Shown here: one piece after another, positions 36,778 through 46,556 of the stretch
Position numbering within the stretch: the stretch's first letter is position 1
Layout of the letters: each line of letters opens with the position of its first letter
Assembly: GCA_947380295.1 (NCBI GenBank)
Contig: CANCQK010000008.1
Location: 67,479 to 131,478 of the forward strand
Source: Bdellovibrionales bacterium
GTDB lineage: Bacteria; Bdellovibrionota; UBA1018
Reading direction: 5' to 3'
Length of the DNA stretch: 64,000 bases
Translations under genes and position numbers: made by a program
Notes under the pieces: model-generated
Database searches by the model: none
Told to the model about the DNA's origin: nothing
What the model saw: the letters and a program-made list of their open reading frames with translations, nothing else

Positions 36778-38280
36778 GTGAGTCACGTTCGTGTTCGTTT
36801 TGCGCCCAGTCCGACAGGTTACCTTCATGTTGGGGGTGCAAGAACCCTATTTTTCAACTGGCTCTACGCTAAAAAATTTGGTGGAACCTTAGTTCTCCGG
36901 GTCGAAGATACTGATCAAGTCCGCAGCACTCGGGAGAGCGAAAAGATGATTCTGTCGGATATCCAACGTCTTGGCCTTGACTACCAAGAAGGTCCGGATG
37001 TTGGAGGTCCGTATGCTCCCTACCGCCAATCAGAGCGGCTCTCGATTTATGCTGATTACGTCCGAAGACTCCTAGGAGAAGACCGGGTTTATTATTGTTT
37101 TTGTTCGGACGAACTTCTGACTCAAAAGCGCGAGGCTGCTATGAAAATGGGGCGAACGCCTCATTACGATGGAACCTGTGCTCGCCAGAACAAAGAAGAA
37201 GCTCTTGCCAGACTCGCTCGCGGTGAGAAAGCCGGCCTTCGATTCCGTGCCCCTCAAAAAAGCTACGTACTCAACGACCACGTACGGGGTCGAGTCGAAT
37301 TTAAAGAGGGCATGGTGGGCGATTTTCTCGTCACCCGCACCCCAGGGGCAGGTGAGAAGGAGATCGCAGAGGGAATTGGCTTTCCTGTTTATAACTTTTG
37401 TTGCGTCATTGACGACCACCTCATGGGGATGACCCACATCATCCGAGCCGAAGAGCATTTATCTAATACCGTTCGTCAGTTGATGCTCTATGAAGCCTTT
37501 GGGTGGAGCGCTCCTGATTTTGCCCATATTGCATTGGTACTTGGAGCAGACCGACAGAAATTGTCGAAACGAAGTGGCGACGTTTCTGTTTTTGAATACA
37601 TTGAGAAAGGCTACCTGCCTGAAGCATTGTTGAACTTTCTTGCTCTCCTCGGGTGGTGGCCACCGACTGGTTTTAAGCCCGCCTCCGGACATCCCGAAGT
37701 TCTCTCACTCCCCGAATTGATCGAGAATTTTAATCTCGAAGGATTACAAAAAGCTCCTGGAGTCTTTGATGTTCAGAAACTCCAATGGATGAATGGCTTT
37801 TATATCCGCTCAATGCCTTTGGCTGAGGTTGCGGAACGCGCCAAGATTCATTTCGAACGTGCTGGATTCAATCTTAAAGATCATTCTGAAGATTGGTTTT
37901 TGAAAGTGATTGAAGTGGTTCGAGGCGAGTCTACGCTTTTAAGTGATCTCCCCAAAGCAGCTCAACTCTTTCTGGAATCTACTCCCCACTTGGAGTCTGA
38001 AGCCAAAACGGCGCTCAATGAGCCGACAGCTCATTCCGTTGTTGAAGCGATGGTTGCTGAACTCAAGTCTCAGACGGGCCCTCTCTTGGTTGAAGAGGTG
38101 GATGCTCTTCCGAAAAAAGTTTCGAGTAAAAGTGGCGTCAAGGGTAAATCGCTTTACATGCCAATGCGTGCCGCTGTGACAGGGAAGGTTCATGGCCCCG
38201 AGTTGAAGCTCATTCTTCCGATCTTAGGGCGTGATTCAGTTCTGAAACGTATTGAAGCTCTCCTCTCTCAATCGAGGTAA
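36778..38280 (+). CDS. gltX: Glutamate--tRNA ligase (GTG start).
   Basis: HIGH motif is PSPTGYLHVGGARTLFF and KMSKS motif is KLSKRSG. 500 aa. Confidence 0.9.
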   Translation: MSHVRVRFAPSPTGYLHVGGARTLFFNWLYAKKFGGTLVLRVEDTDQVRSTRESEKMILSDIQRLGLDYQEGPDVGGPYAPYRQSERLSIYADYVRRLLGEDRVYYCFCSDELLTQKREAAMKMGRTPHYDGTCARQNKEEALARLARGEKAGLRFRAPQKSYVLNDHVRGRVEFKEGMVGDFLVTRTPGAGEKEIAEGIGFPVYNFCCVIDDHLMGMTHIIRAEEHLSNTVRQLMLYEAFGWSAPDFAHIALVLGADRQKLSKRSGDVSVFEYIEKGYLPEALLNFLALLGWWPPTGFKPASGHPEVLSLPELIENFNLEGLQKAPGVFDVQKLQWMNGFYIRSMPLAEVAERAKIHFERAGFNLKDHSEDWFLKVIEVVRGESTLLSDLPKAAQLFLESTPHLESEAKTALNEPTAHSVVEAMVAELKSQTGPLLVEEVDALPKKVSSKSGVKGKSLYMPMRAAVTGKVHGPELKLILPILGRDSVLKRIEALLSQSR

Positions 38281-38285
38281 ACACC

Positions 38286-39812
38286 ATGAGTGCGACCCAG
38301 AAGATTCGTCCCATCCGTCTAACCAATACGCTCACGGGGAAGAAGGAAGAACTTCAAACTTACGAGCCTGGTCGGTTGACGTTTTACTCCTGTGGTCCTA
38401 CTGTCTATAATTTTGTTCATATCGGGAATCTGAGAGGTGGCCTGGTTTCTGACCTTTTTTATCGTTATTTCAAGAGGGTGGGATACGACGTTCAGTTCGT
38501 TCGTAACTACACTGATGTCGACGATAAAATTATTAAAAAAGCAAAAGAAGAAGGAATTACACCAGAAGAGCTCGCCAGAAAGTACACCCAAGAAGTAGAA
38601 AAAGACTTTGCACTCTCTGGAATGCAGGAGCCTACTCATAAAACAACGGTGACCACTCACATGGCCGAGATTGTAGCCATGATTCAAAAAATCATTGATC
38701 AGGGCTATGGGTATGTTGCGCCAGATGGCGAAGTTCTTTTCTCGATTAGCAAGTTTAAGGATTACGGAAAGCTCTCGCATAAGAAAATCGATGACCTCAT
38801 TGCCGGGATTCGAGTCGAGGTGAGTACCAAAAAGCAAAATCCGCTCGATTTTACACTCTGGAAGCCCGCTAAGCCCGATGAGCCTTTTTGGGAGAGTCCT
38901 TGGGGAAAAGGTCGTCCTGGGTGGCACATCGAGTGCTCTGCAATGGCGAGCAAGTGGCTCGGAGATCGGATTGACGTCCACCACGGTGGCGAGGATTTAG
39001 TGTTTCCTCACCATGAAAATGAAATTGCGCAAAGTGAAGCTGCCAGTGGCAAAGCACCTTTCGTAAAATATTGGCTGCATCATGCTTTTTTGACACTTTC
39101 GAAAGAAAAAATGTCCAAGAGCTTGGGGAACGTCTTTACTGCACGTGAGTTTCTCTCTCGATTCTCGGGAGAGTTTGCGCGCTACCTTCTCCTTTGTGTG
39201 CATTATCGTTCTCAAATTGATTTTGGCCCCGAGTCCATTGAGCAAACTCTTACAGGACTCCAAAGGATTTACGAAGCCAAAGCTAAAGCTCAGCAGCTCG
39301 CCAAAATGAGCCGAGCCGCCGCAGATCTGAGAGCTGAGACTGTCTGGGGCTCTTTTGCCGCCTCTTGCGAAAGTGCTCGAGCTGCAATTGACGAAAATTT
39401 TGCGAATGATTTCAATACACCTGGCGCACTTGCGGCATTATTTACAGTCATTCGTGAATTCAATCGCACCTTAGCAGAGCCCCTCGCTCAGGCGACGCCT
39501 TCTGCAGTTCTCGGTGCTCAAGAGCTGATCCGCCTGATGGAGGATGATATTGGCGGAGTGTTGGGCATTGGGCGCTCTGATCCTGAAAAGGCTTTGGCCG
39601 ATCTGAAACGAATCCGATTGATTTCCAGTCCAGAAAATCCGGGCTCAGCAGTAAGGCCGACCGAAGCTGAGATTCTACAGGCGATTCAAGACCGCGCCGC
39701 TGCTCGCAAGGCGAAGGACTTTGCTAAAGCAGATCAGATCCGTAAAGAGATCGAAGCACGCGGGGTTCTCATCAAGGATAGCCCGAGTGGTACTACTTGG
39801 GAGTATCGCTAG
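38286..39812 (+). CDS. cysS: Cysteine--tRNA ligase.
   Basis: HIGH motif is CGPTVYNFVHIGNLRG and KMSKS motif is KMSKSLGN. Zn-binding Cys/His residues are present. It begins 5 nt after gltX. Confidence 0.9.
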   Translation: MSATQKIRPIRLTNTLTGKKEELQTYEPGRLTFYSCGPTVYNFVHIGNLRGGLVSDLFYRYFKRVGYDVQFVRNYTDVDDKIIKKAKEEGITPEELARKYTQEVEKDFALSGMQEPTHKTTVTTHMAEIVAMIQKIIDQGYGYVAPDGEVLFSISKFKDYGKLSHKKIDDLIAGIRVEVSTKKQNPLDFTLWKPAKPDEPFWESPWGKGRPGWHIECSAMASKWLGDRIDVHHGGEDLVFPHHENEIAQSEAASGKAPFVKYWLHHAFLTLSKEKMSKSLGNVFTAREFLSRFSGEFARYLLLCVHYRSQIDFGPESIEQTLTGLQRIYEAKAKAQQLAKMSRAAADLRAETVWGSFAASCESARAAIDENFANDFNTPGALAALFTVIREFNRTLAEPLAQATPSAVLGAQELIRLMEDDIGGVLGIGRSDPEKALADLKRIRLISSPENPGSAVRPTEAEILQAIQDRAAARKAKDFAKADQIRKEIEARGVLIKDSPSGTTWEYR

Positions 39813-39815
39813 CTT

Positions 39816-40013
39816 TTACTCGCAATCCCGCTCGCTTTTAAGATTTTGCAGATAATCTTGCAGGAACTTCAAGTCTTTCTCGAGTTGCTGCAGAAGGGCG
39901 GGGGCTTCAGCGTCGTCAAATCGATATCCCGATTTGATCAAATCAATCATGATCCGAAAATCGGTGCAGGTCCCCGCAAGGTCGTGGAGAGTTTTAGCAG
40001 AGAGTGAGTTCAC
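39816..40013 (-). CDS. Small hypothetical protein (65 aa), translationally coupled to the upstream lipase.
   Basis: Its ATG overlaps the lipase stop by 4 nt. No recognisable domain. Confidence 0.3.
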   Translation of the reverse strand: MNSLSAKTLHDLAGTCTDFRIMIDLIKSGYRFDDAEAPALLQQLEKDLKFLQDYLQNLKSERDCE

Positions 40014-40792
40014 ATTCCGTCTCGTTTCAGGCGTTTGAAAATTTCAGTGTAAAATTTGAGGTAATCCATACCACGAGCTCGTCCTAGAATTTGCCCAATC
40101 TGCGCATAGTGGTCCCCCGCGTAGGTGCAAATATGTTCACCCCAAGTGGCTGACTCTACGGAGACAAATCCATCATTGTCGCCTTCGCTCTTTTTTAGGA
40201 TTTGGTGGGAGAGCCAAAAAATCGGGAGCGCTTTCGTAATTAAGGGGTTAGCGATGGCAGTTGTGGCGCTATAGTAGGCCACACCGGGTATATTGGGTGC
40301 ATCAAGCGCTAGGGGGCCAGTCCGGGAGCTTCGTGTGATCTGAGTGAGGGCACCGCTAGTTCCACCACTGTTCGAGTCCATCAGTTTTAGGAGGCGATCG
40401 ACCGCTTGGAATGTGGCAGCAGGTAAGGTCTCAACGGCTAGATCACTCACTGACGTTCCTCTATGAGGAGTTCCGATGGTAGTGAGACTGGCAACTCGAT
40501 CTGCAAAACCCAGCTGCGAAGTGAGGTAACGCGCGTCTAACCCGCCCATACTGTGTCCCACGAGATTGACTTTACCCTCAGGGATGACACGCTCGATCTG
40601 CTCCTTGAGTTGAGCGGCTCGAAACTCGATCGTGTGCCAAGCGGTCAGGCTCGGGATGATGACTTGATTTTGTGCGTCGCGGAGCATTTCGGGCAGGCCA
40701 TAAAAATAATTGACCAAGCCGAAATTGCTTCGAGCGCCAAGTCCGTGAATCAAAACAATAGGGTACTTTAAACGAAGGGAATTACTACTCAT
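40010..40792 (-). CDS. Alpha/beta-hydrolase, lipase/esterase class (Bacillus LipA-like).
   Basis: Oxyanion region PIVLIHGLGA. Nucleophile elbow VNLVGHSMGG. Confidence 0.7.
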   Translation of the reverse strand: MSSNSLRLKYPIVLIHGLGARSNFGLVNYFYGLPEMLRDAQNQVIIPSLTAWHTIEFRAAQLKEQIERVIPEGKVNLVGHSMGGLDARYLTSQLGFADRVASLTTIGTPHRGTSVSDLAVETLPAATFQAVDRLLKLMDSNSGGTSGALTQITRSSRTGPLALDAPNIPGVAYYSATTAIANPLITKALPIFWLSHQILKKSEGDNDGFVSVESATWGEHICTYAGDHYAQIGQILGRARGMDYLKFYTEIFKRLKRDGM

Positions 40793-40983
40793 TTGATCTA
40801 CCGTCCGTTGCTAACTATTGTATCCTTGAACTTGATAGTTAAAAAGAAATTTGAATCAGCTTTGATTCATTCTACGCTGATTTTTAGGGCCAGACAGGCA
40901 GCTTATGGGCTGACTTGCTGCCCACCCCCAAGTTCCTGCTTGGGATTCGGAGTGGCGATACGTTAGAAGAGGGTTTAAAGACT

Positions 40984-43149
40984 ATGGCAATTTTTTCTGA
41001 ACGTAAATTTGAGCTCAAAACTCCGTTTCAGCCGACGGGTGATCAACCTCAGGCGATTGAAAAGCTCGTCCGAGGAATCCAAGAGCAGAGGGCTGCCCAA
41101 GTTCTCATGGGCGTCACCGGCTCAGGTAAAACATTTACTATGGCCAACTTGATCCAGCAGGTCGGCCTACCTACATTGATCTTGAGTCATAATAAGACCC
41201 TCGCTGCGCAGCTTTTTTCTGAGTTTCGTGAGTTTTTTCCGAATAACGCAGTTGAGTACTTTGTCAGCTATTATGATTATTATCAGCCTGAGGCGTACGT
41301 TCCACAGACGGACACCTATATTGAAAAAGACGCCCAGATCAATGACGAGATCGACAAACTCCGTCACTCAGCGACCCGATCGCTTTTAGAGAGAAACGAT
41401 GTGATCATCGTTGCCTCGATTTCATGCATCTACGGTTTGGGCTCGCCGGAGGCCTATGAGGGGCTGCTTCTTTATCTTGAAGTGGGGCGAGAGTTTAAAC
41501 GGCAGGATGTTCTGCGAAAGCTCGTTGATATCCAGTACAAACGGAATGACGTGGATTTCCATCGGGGGACCTTTCGAGTTCGAGGGGACATCGTTGAGAT
41601 TTTTCCTGCCTACGAAGAAGAGCGAGCTATCCGGATCGAATTTTTTGGGGACGAAATTGAGTCACTTTCTGAAATCGACCCACTGCGAGGAATTCGGCTC
41701 CAAAAGCTTCCAAAAGTGACCATTTATCCCTGCAGTCACTATGTCACCACGCTCGAAAACAGGAAGCGCGCCGTCGATACGATTCGAGATGAGTTGCGAG
41801 AGCGTCTACAAGAACTCGAATCCATGGGAAAGCTCGTTGAGGCTCAGCGGCTCGGACAAAGAACTCTATTTGATTTAGAGATGATGGAAGAGTTGGGCTA
41901 TTGCCAAGGGGTCGAGAACTACTCTCGCCACCTCACTGGTCGTGGCCCCGGCGAAGCTCCTCCTACTTTGTTGGAATACTTTCCGAAGGACTGGCTTTTA
42001 ATTGTGGATGAAAGTCATGTCTCCGTCCCACAAATTGGTGGAATGTATCGTGGCGACCGAGCTCGAAAAATGAACCTCGTGGAACATGGGTTTCGACTTC
42101 CCTCTGCCCTGGATAATCGACCACTCAATTTCCAAGAGTGGGAAAAATGCCTTTCTAAAACCCTATTCGTCTCGGCTACTCCCGGCGAATATGAGTTGAC
42201 CCAAACGCAGGGAGAAATCGTAGAACAAGTGATCCGTCCTACTGGACTTCTCGACCCCATCATCGAGGTGGTTTCAGCGTCCCATCAAGTAGACCATCTG
42301 CTTGGAGAAATTCCTAAAATTGTTGCCAAGGGTGAGCGGGTTCTGGTGACTACTTTGACAAAGAAGCTGGCCGAAGATCTCACGAAATACTACCAGGAGA
42401 AGAAAATCCGGGTGAAATACCTCCATTCGGATATCGATACGCTCGAGCGAATCGAAATTCTCCGGGATCTACGCTTAGGAACATTTGACGTGCTCATTGG
42501 GATTAATCTTCTTCGAGAGGGGTTAGATCTTCCAGAAGTATCTCTCGTAGCCATTCTGGATGCCGATAAAGAAGGATTCTTAAGGAGCTATCGATCTCTG
42601 ATTCAGACGATTGGTCGTGCTGCTCGAAATTCTGAGGGGCGAGTTATACTCTACGCGGATCGAATCACCGAAAGTATGGACAAAGCCATCGGTGAGACCC
42701 GGCGCCGTCGAGTCATGCAAGAGGAGCATAATCAGAAGCATGGAATCATTCCAAAAACAATTAAAAAGGCGATTGCTGCGCCTATGACTTCCTTGTCAGG
42801 GGATGGTCCTCAAGAGAGTGAAAAAGGGGTTAAGCTCAAAGACAAGGCTCAGCTCGCAAAAAGAGCGCTTAGGACTGGGGCTGGCTCAGGTCATGGCAAG
42901 AGCCTCTGGAGTGCCGCAGCTTCTTCTCAGCTCGAGATGTCTAATTTAGATTATGTGGATCCATCGACCCGCGTGACTGAAATTCGAGAAATCGCAGGAG
43001 ACTACTTTACGTCACTGGAGGATATCGCTAAGTCCATTCAAAAAATGGAAATCGAGATGAAAGAGGCTGCAAAAGCCCTGCAATTTGAAAAAGCTGCTGA
43101 ACTGCGTGATCGAGTGAAACGACTGAAACTACTCAGTCTAGGTTTGTAA
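40984..43149 (+). CDS. uvrB: Excinuclease ABC subunit B.
   Basis: Walker A is GVTGSGKT. The beta-hairpin region is [21 protein letters not shown], the DExH block is DESH, helicase motif VI is present, and the C-terminal UvrB domain reads AAELRDRVK. Start set at ATG 40984 ([15 protein letters not shown]). Confidence 0.9.
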   Translation: MAIFSERKFELKTPFQPTGDQPQAIEKLVRGIQEQRAAQVLMGVTGSGKTFTMANLIQQVGLPTLILSHNKTLAAQLFSEFREFFPNNAVEYFVSYYDYYQPEAYVPQTDTYIEKDAQINDEIDKLRHSATRSLLERNDVIIVASISCIYGLGSPEAYEGLLLYLEVGREFKRQDVLRKLVDIQYKRNDVDFHRGTFRVRGDIVEIFPAYEEERAIRIEFFGDEIESLSEIDPLRGIRLQKLPKVTIYPCSHYVTTLENRKRAVDTIRDELRERLQELESMGKLVEAQRLGQRTLFDLEMMEELGYCQGVENYSRHLTGRGPGEAPPTLLEYFPKDWLLIVDESHVSVPQIGGMYRGDRARKMNLVEHGFRLPSALDNRPLNFQEWEKCLSKTLFVSATPGEYELTQTQGEIVEQVIRPTGLLDPIIEVVSASHQVDHLLGEIPKIVAKGERVLVTTLTKKLAEDLTKYYQEKKIRVKYLHSDIDTLERIEILRDLRLGTFDVLIGINLLREGLDLPEVSLVAILDADKEGFLRSYRSLIQTIGRAARNSEGRVILYADRITESMDKAIGETRRRRVMQEEHNQKHGIIPKTIKKAIAAPMTSLSGDGPQESEKGVKLKDKAQLAKRALRTGAGSGHGKSLWSAAASSQLEMSNLDYVDPSTRVTEIREIAGDYFTSLEDIAKSIQKMEIEMKEAAKALQFEKAAELRDRVKRLKLLSLGL

Positions 43150-43166
43150 GCGGCAAGACTCTGAAT

Positions 43167-43958
43167 TTAGAAGCGTTTCGCCCAACCCAGCGCATGCAGG
43201 TTAAATTGAAACCGTGCCGAATCGGAGGTCATCCGAGCTTGAAGTTCTTTTCGAGTTTCCACGCGGAAGCGGCTCTTTTCAGCCGACGTCAGTGGCTCTT
43301 CGTAGCAAAGAACTCTCGACTGAGAAAAGATCATCCCGGCTAGTTCGTCCACGGAGAGCGTCTGTTCCATGGGGGGGCGCCGGTCGGAGATGAACTCAAA
43401 CCTCGGGTCTCCGCGAAATACATGAGTGATCTCTTTCAGGCTGCCTCGCGGTTTCTGGCCAGGTGCTTTCCAATAGAGGTTAAACTGCCTACGAATCCAT
43501 TCGTTGAGATCGGGCAGAGCGGGTGCCTTGGGAAACTGGTATTCAAAAATCCAAACCAGCCCCTTGGGCTTCAAAACTCGCAGCACTTCGTCCTTTGTTT
43601 TTTCGGGATTCATCCAGTGAAACGATGAGCCCATCATGATGGCATCGAATCGTCCATCTGGTAAGTTTGTCGCCTCGCCTGAACCGACTTGAAATTGAAC
43701 AGATTCCAGTCCTAATCGAGTCGAAAGATTTTGAGCTTCGGCTAACATGGCCGGGTCTGGGTCAACTCCAATGATCTCCGCTTTTACGGGAGTCTTCAGA
43801 AACGAAGCAGCAGAATGTCCCGTGCCACAGCCGAAATCCGCAATTTGAAAGGGTTCTGAAAAGCCTCGTTTCAAAAGTTCGGTGCGCAATCCAACAAAGG
43901 TCTCAGAGGGGTAAAATGGGCGAAATTCTTTATAAAACTGGGGGTTAAATTTAGACAT
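43167..43958 (-). CDS. Class I SAM-dependent methyltransferase.
   Basis: Motif I is IADFGCGTGHSAASF. Rossmann-fold pattern. Confidence 0.7.
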   Translation of the reverse strand: MSKFNPQFYKEFRPFYPSETFVGLRTELLKRGFSEPFQIADFGCGTGHSAASFLKTPVKAEIIGVDPDPAMLAEAQNLSTRLGLESVQFQVGSGEATNLPDGRFDAIMMGSSFHWMNPEKTKDEVLRVLKPKGLVWIFEYQFPKAPALPDLNEWIRRQFNLYWKAPGQKPRGSLKEITHVFRGDPRFEFISDRRPPMEQTLSVDELAGMIFSQSRVLCYEEPLTSAEKSRFRVETRKELQARMTSDSARFQFNLHALGWAKRF

Positions 43959-43972
43959 AGTGTTTCCACACT

Positions 43973-44884
43973 TTACTGACTCACTTTAAATTCATGAGTA
44001 CTAGAAATCGGTTCTGAGCGTTTATGTTTTAAGCGGTTCAGAGCGTCCTCGTCACTTTTCATGAGTGGGGCTTCCCAGGGGCGTTTATCGCTCCGTAATG
44101 ATTCAATATGGCTGTTCAGCCAAGAGGCAGCTTCGTCTGTCATTTGATGCCGTGCGAGAGTTTCGAGGAGTGAAAAATGATGATCACCTCTGTAGTGGCT
44201 GAAGGACTTATCTTCTGTGTCGACAAAATAAATACCATCCTCCGCTATAAGAAGATTTCCAGGAGCGAAATCGCAAAACTTAGCATGATGAAAGAAAATG
44301 GTGATTTCCATCAGTTCTTCCAGACTCATGGGTCGGTCTGAAGGTTCAATTCGTTCCGCATAAATCGTGTAATCTTTGGAGCTGAGAGTATCAAACGGTT
44401 CGATCTTGAAAGCGACTGTAGCTTTACTTCGGTCTCTCCAAACATATTTTTTTGGAAGTTTTACCTTCTCGAGTTTTTTCTTGAAAATGATTTTTCTGGC
44501 GTGTTCAAGACCCAAGATCCGTGTGATATTCGTGTCTTTTTTCAGTAAGCGGACATGAGTTCCATTAATATTTGTCACAGCGGGGCTCAGATTATTGATC
44601 TTTGCTTCTTCTCTAGGTTCTTCTGCTAAGAGGTAGACTTTTTCAAGACGCTCTACAAAAGCGAATAATTTTTGATCCAATTCTGTCTGTCGGATTTTTC
44701 TGTAGTTGAATCGAGGGCTCACTGCTTGGCTGGCCATTTGATGGCGGTAGGATAATGTTCTGCGATACGACCGCTGAATGAGACCTGCAGCCTCATCCGG
44801 AGTGATTGAAAAACTGACAGTCGCGCTCAATACTAGATAAGCGGGGATGAAAGGTGTGCCAATATTCCATGGGTTCAGTTTCAT
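43973..44884 (-). CDS. Hypothetical protein with a protein-kinase-like fold signature.
   Basis: HAKFCDFAPGNLLIAEDG-IYFVDTED resembles the catalytic-loop/DFG region of APH/Kdo-kinase-like folds (H-x-D-x-x-x-x-N-L plus D-x-E). N-terminal hydrophobic segment. Confidence 0.35.
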   Translation of the reverse strand: MKLNPWNIGTPFIPAYLVLSATVSFSITPDEAAGLIQRSYRRTLSYRHQMASQAVSPRFNYRKIRQTELDQKLFAFVERLEKVYLLAEEPREEAKINNLSPAVTNINGTHVRLLKKDTNITRILGLEHARKIIFKKKLEKVKLPKKYVWRDRSKATVAFKIEPFDTLSSKDYTIYAERIEPSDRPMSLEELMEITIFFHHAKFCDFAPGNLLIAEDGIYFVDTEDKSFSHYRGDHHFSLLETLARHQMTDEAASWLNSHIESLRSDKRPWEAPLMKSDEDALNRLKHKRSEPISSTHEFKVSQ

Positions 44885-44916
44885 AATTTGATTGAGAAGC
44901 CATCTTCCGAGCTGTT

Positions 44917-45753
44917 TTAAAGCGGATTAACTCTTACAATGCGATAAAAGGCACCCTCAGCTTTAATCTCGGTGAATGCGGGGATCAAATCGCAGTAGGG
45001 AATTGGTCCTTCATAGATATATCCCACAGGCATGACTGCCTTCGATTCTTCTTCTGGTGCAAGCACCTGAGGCAAGCTTTGGGTAAATTGCGCAAGATTA
45101 AGGGTATTCCGGACGAGATCGAAATTCTGAGGACCTCCGAAACCAGAGTTAAGCATGGCTGCGTAGTGTGACGTGCAGCAGCGATTGTTCTCAAGGTGAC
45201 CGTAAAAGGCAATCCACCGGGCTAAGGACTTTCTTTGTGGGCCGCCTACGCTAGCAGCGAGAAAAGAAATATATTTAGAATAAGACTGCTGATTCCCTCC
45301 CATGGTGGATAAAAAAAGATAACTTCTAATGAGTCGTAAAATTTTTAGCTCTTGGTCAATCTCAACTTCAGTTGTGGTTTGATTTCCGTCAACGAGGAAA
45401 TCGAGCGGGTCGAACTGATTAAAAAAGGGATTTGCCTTAAGAACTGACTTGCGCCAATGAGTCGTTAAACTGGCTACAAATTCCTGCTGACGACGAGGCT
45501 TCTCGTTGAGGTCAGCCGAGTCGGCAAGATCTTTGAGTCGTTGCTCCTTAGGCGTCAGGATCGGAAGCTCAAATTGAGTGAGTGCATATACTTTTTCCGC
45601 ACCGTATTCCTCAGTGGACTGGTCACTGATCTCCGCAGCAGAATAAGCTGATGATAGTCTTGGATCGCCGCTCCCTGGCACCGGAATTGCCCATGCAGAG
45701 TGCGAAAAGGAGATCAGACCGAGAACTGTAACGACGGTTTTAAAGGGAAGCAT
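44917..45753 (-). CDS. Hypothetical secreted protein.
   Basis: Signal peptide MLPFKTVVTVLGLISFSHSAWA. No recognisable domain. Confidence 0.45.
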   Translation of the reverse strand: MLPFKTVVTVLGLISFSHSAWAIPVPGSGDPRLSSAYSAAEISDQSTEEYGAEKVYALTQFELPILTPKEQRLKDLADSADLNEKPRRQQEFVASLTTHWRKSVLKANPFFNQFDPLDFLVDGNQTTTEVEIDQELKILRLIRSYLFLSTMGGNQQSYSKYISFLAASVGGPQRKSLARWIAFYGHLENNRCCTSHYAAMLNSGFGGPQNFDLVRNTLNLAQFTQSLPQVLAPEEESKAVMPVGYIYEGPIPYCDLIPAFTEIKAEGAFYRIVRVNPL

Positions 45754-45890
45754 GGTCTCTCTTTTACCTAACTCAAGTATTTCTGGAAAGCTTTTAGTTG
45801 ATTTTTTTAGTTCCTAATTTTAAATTAATTTAATTGATAGAACAGGCTCGAGCGCTAGCCAGAGCTTCATTACAGGTCATCTAAATAAGT

Positions 45891-46436
45891 TTAAAAATAA
45901 AAACGGATACCGATATCGCCTTGAATCAGGCCCTGGGTGCTGGGTAGGATAAAAAGTCCGGGTGCAAGCTCAAGAAATATCCCGAGGGACGGAGTGGAAG
46001 GTCTCCATTCTAATCCGACCGGGATTCTCACGCCAAATGTCGCACTTCCTGCAGAGTATCTGAAGCCTGCTCGATATAGGGTGGTCTGTGTCCCTAGTGC
46101 TAAAACTCCGCCGATCCCTAAATAGGGAGTGATTTGAGAGATGAATTGAGACGTCGAGTGAAACGCATGAGGAAATTGAAAGAGGTAGTCTACTAAAAAG
46201 GTCACATCACTGTTCACTGAAAACGCCAACCCAAAGTCGAGGGCAGCCTTGGAGCCTAAATTCAGCCGTCCAGAAATCCCTGAAGGGTCACCCAGCATGA
46301 TGCCCAACCCAAACTCATCCGAGTGAGCAGTAGCCCAGGCAGGTCGCGCGGCGGTTACATGATGGACCATAAAGCAGAGTGCTGTGAGAACGATGAAGCG
46401 ACTGGATCTAAATCTTGAAATGTGATGTTTTTTCAT
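45891..46436 (-). CDS. Small outer-membrane beta-barrel protein.
   Basis: Signal peptide, alternating amphipathic strands, and a C-terminal ...GIRFYF aromatic terminus typical of OMP beta-barrels. Confidence 0.6.
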   Translation of the reverse strand: MKKHHISRFRSSRFIVLTALCFMVHHVTAARPAWATAHSDEFGLGIMLGDPSGISGRLNLGSKAALDFGLAFSVNSDVTFLVDYLFQFPHAFHSTSQFISQITPYLGIGGVLALGTQTTLYRAGFRYSAGSATFGVRIPVGLEWRPSTPSLGIFLELAPGLFILPSTQGLIQGDIGIRFYF

Positions 46437-46507
46437 GGCTTAGAGACGTACGTGGATTTTTGGAAAAAGTTCCGATGGGGGGTGACTCATTTGACTGGAG
46501 AGCATGA

Positions 46508-46540
46508 AAAAGCCCCGATCTTTCGACCGAGGCTTTTTTT
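46508..46540. terminator. Rho-independent terminator-like hairpin, usable by both flanking minus-strand transcripts.
   Basis: AAAGCCCCG-atctttcgac-CGAGGCTTTTTTT. A GC-rich stem with one mismatch is flanked by an A-run and a T-run. It lies 17 nt downstream of the PLD gene stop. Confidence 0.45.
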
Positions 46541-46556
46541 AGAATGCCTTGAATTC

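Noticed and set aside
38319-38984. 221-aa minus-strand ORF.
   Set aside because: Antisense to cysS (HIGH/KMSKS present on the plus strand).
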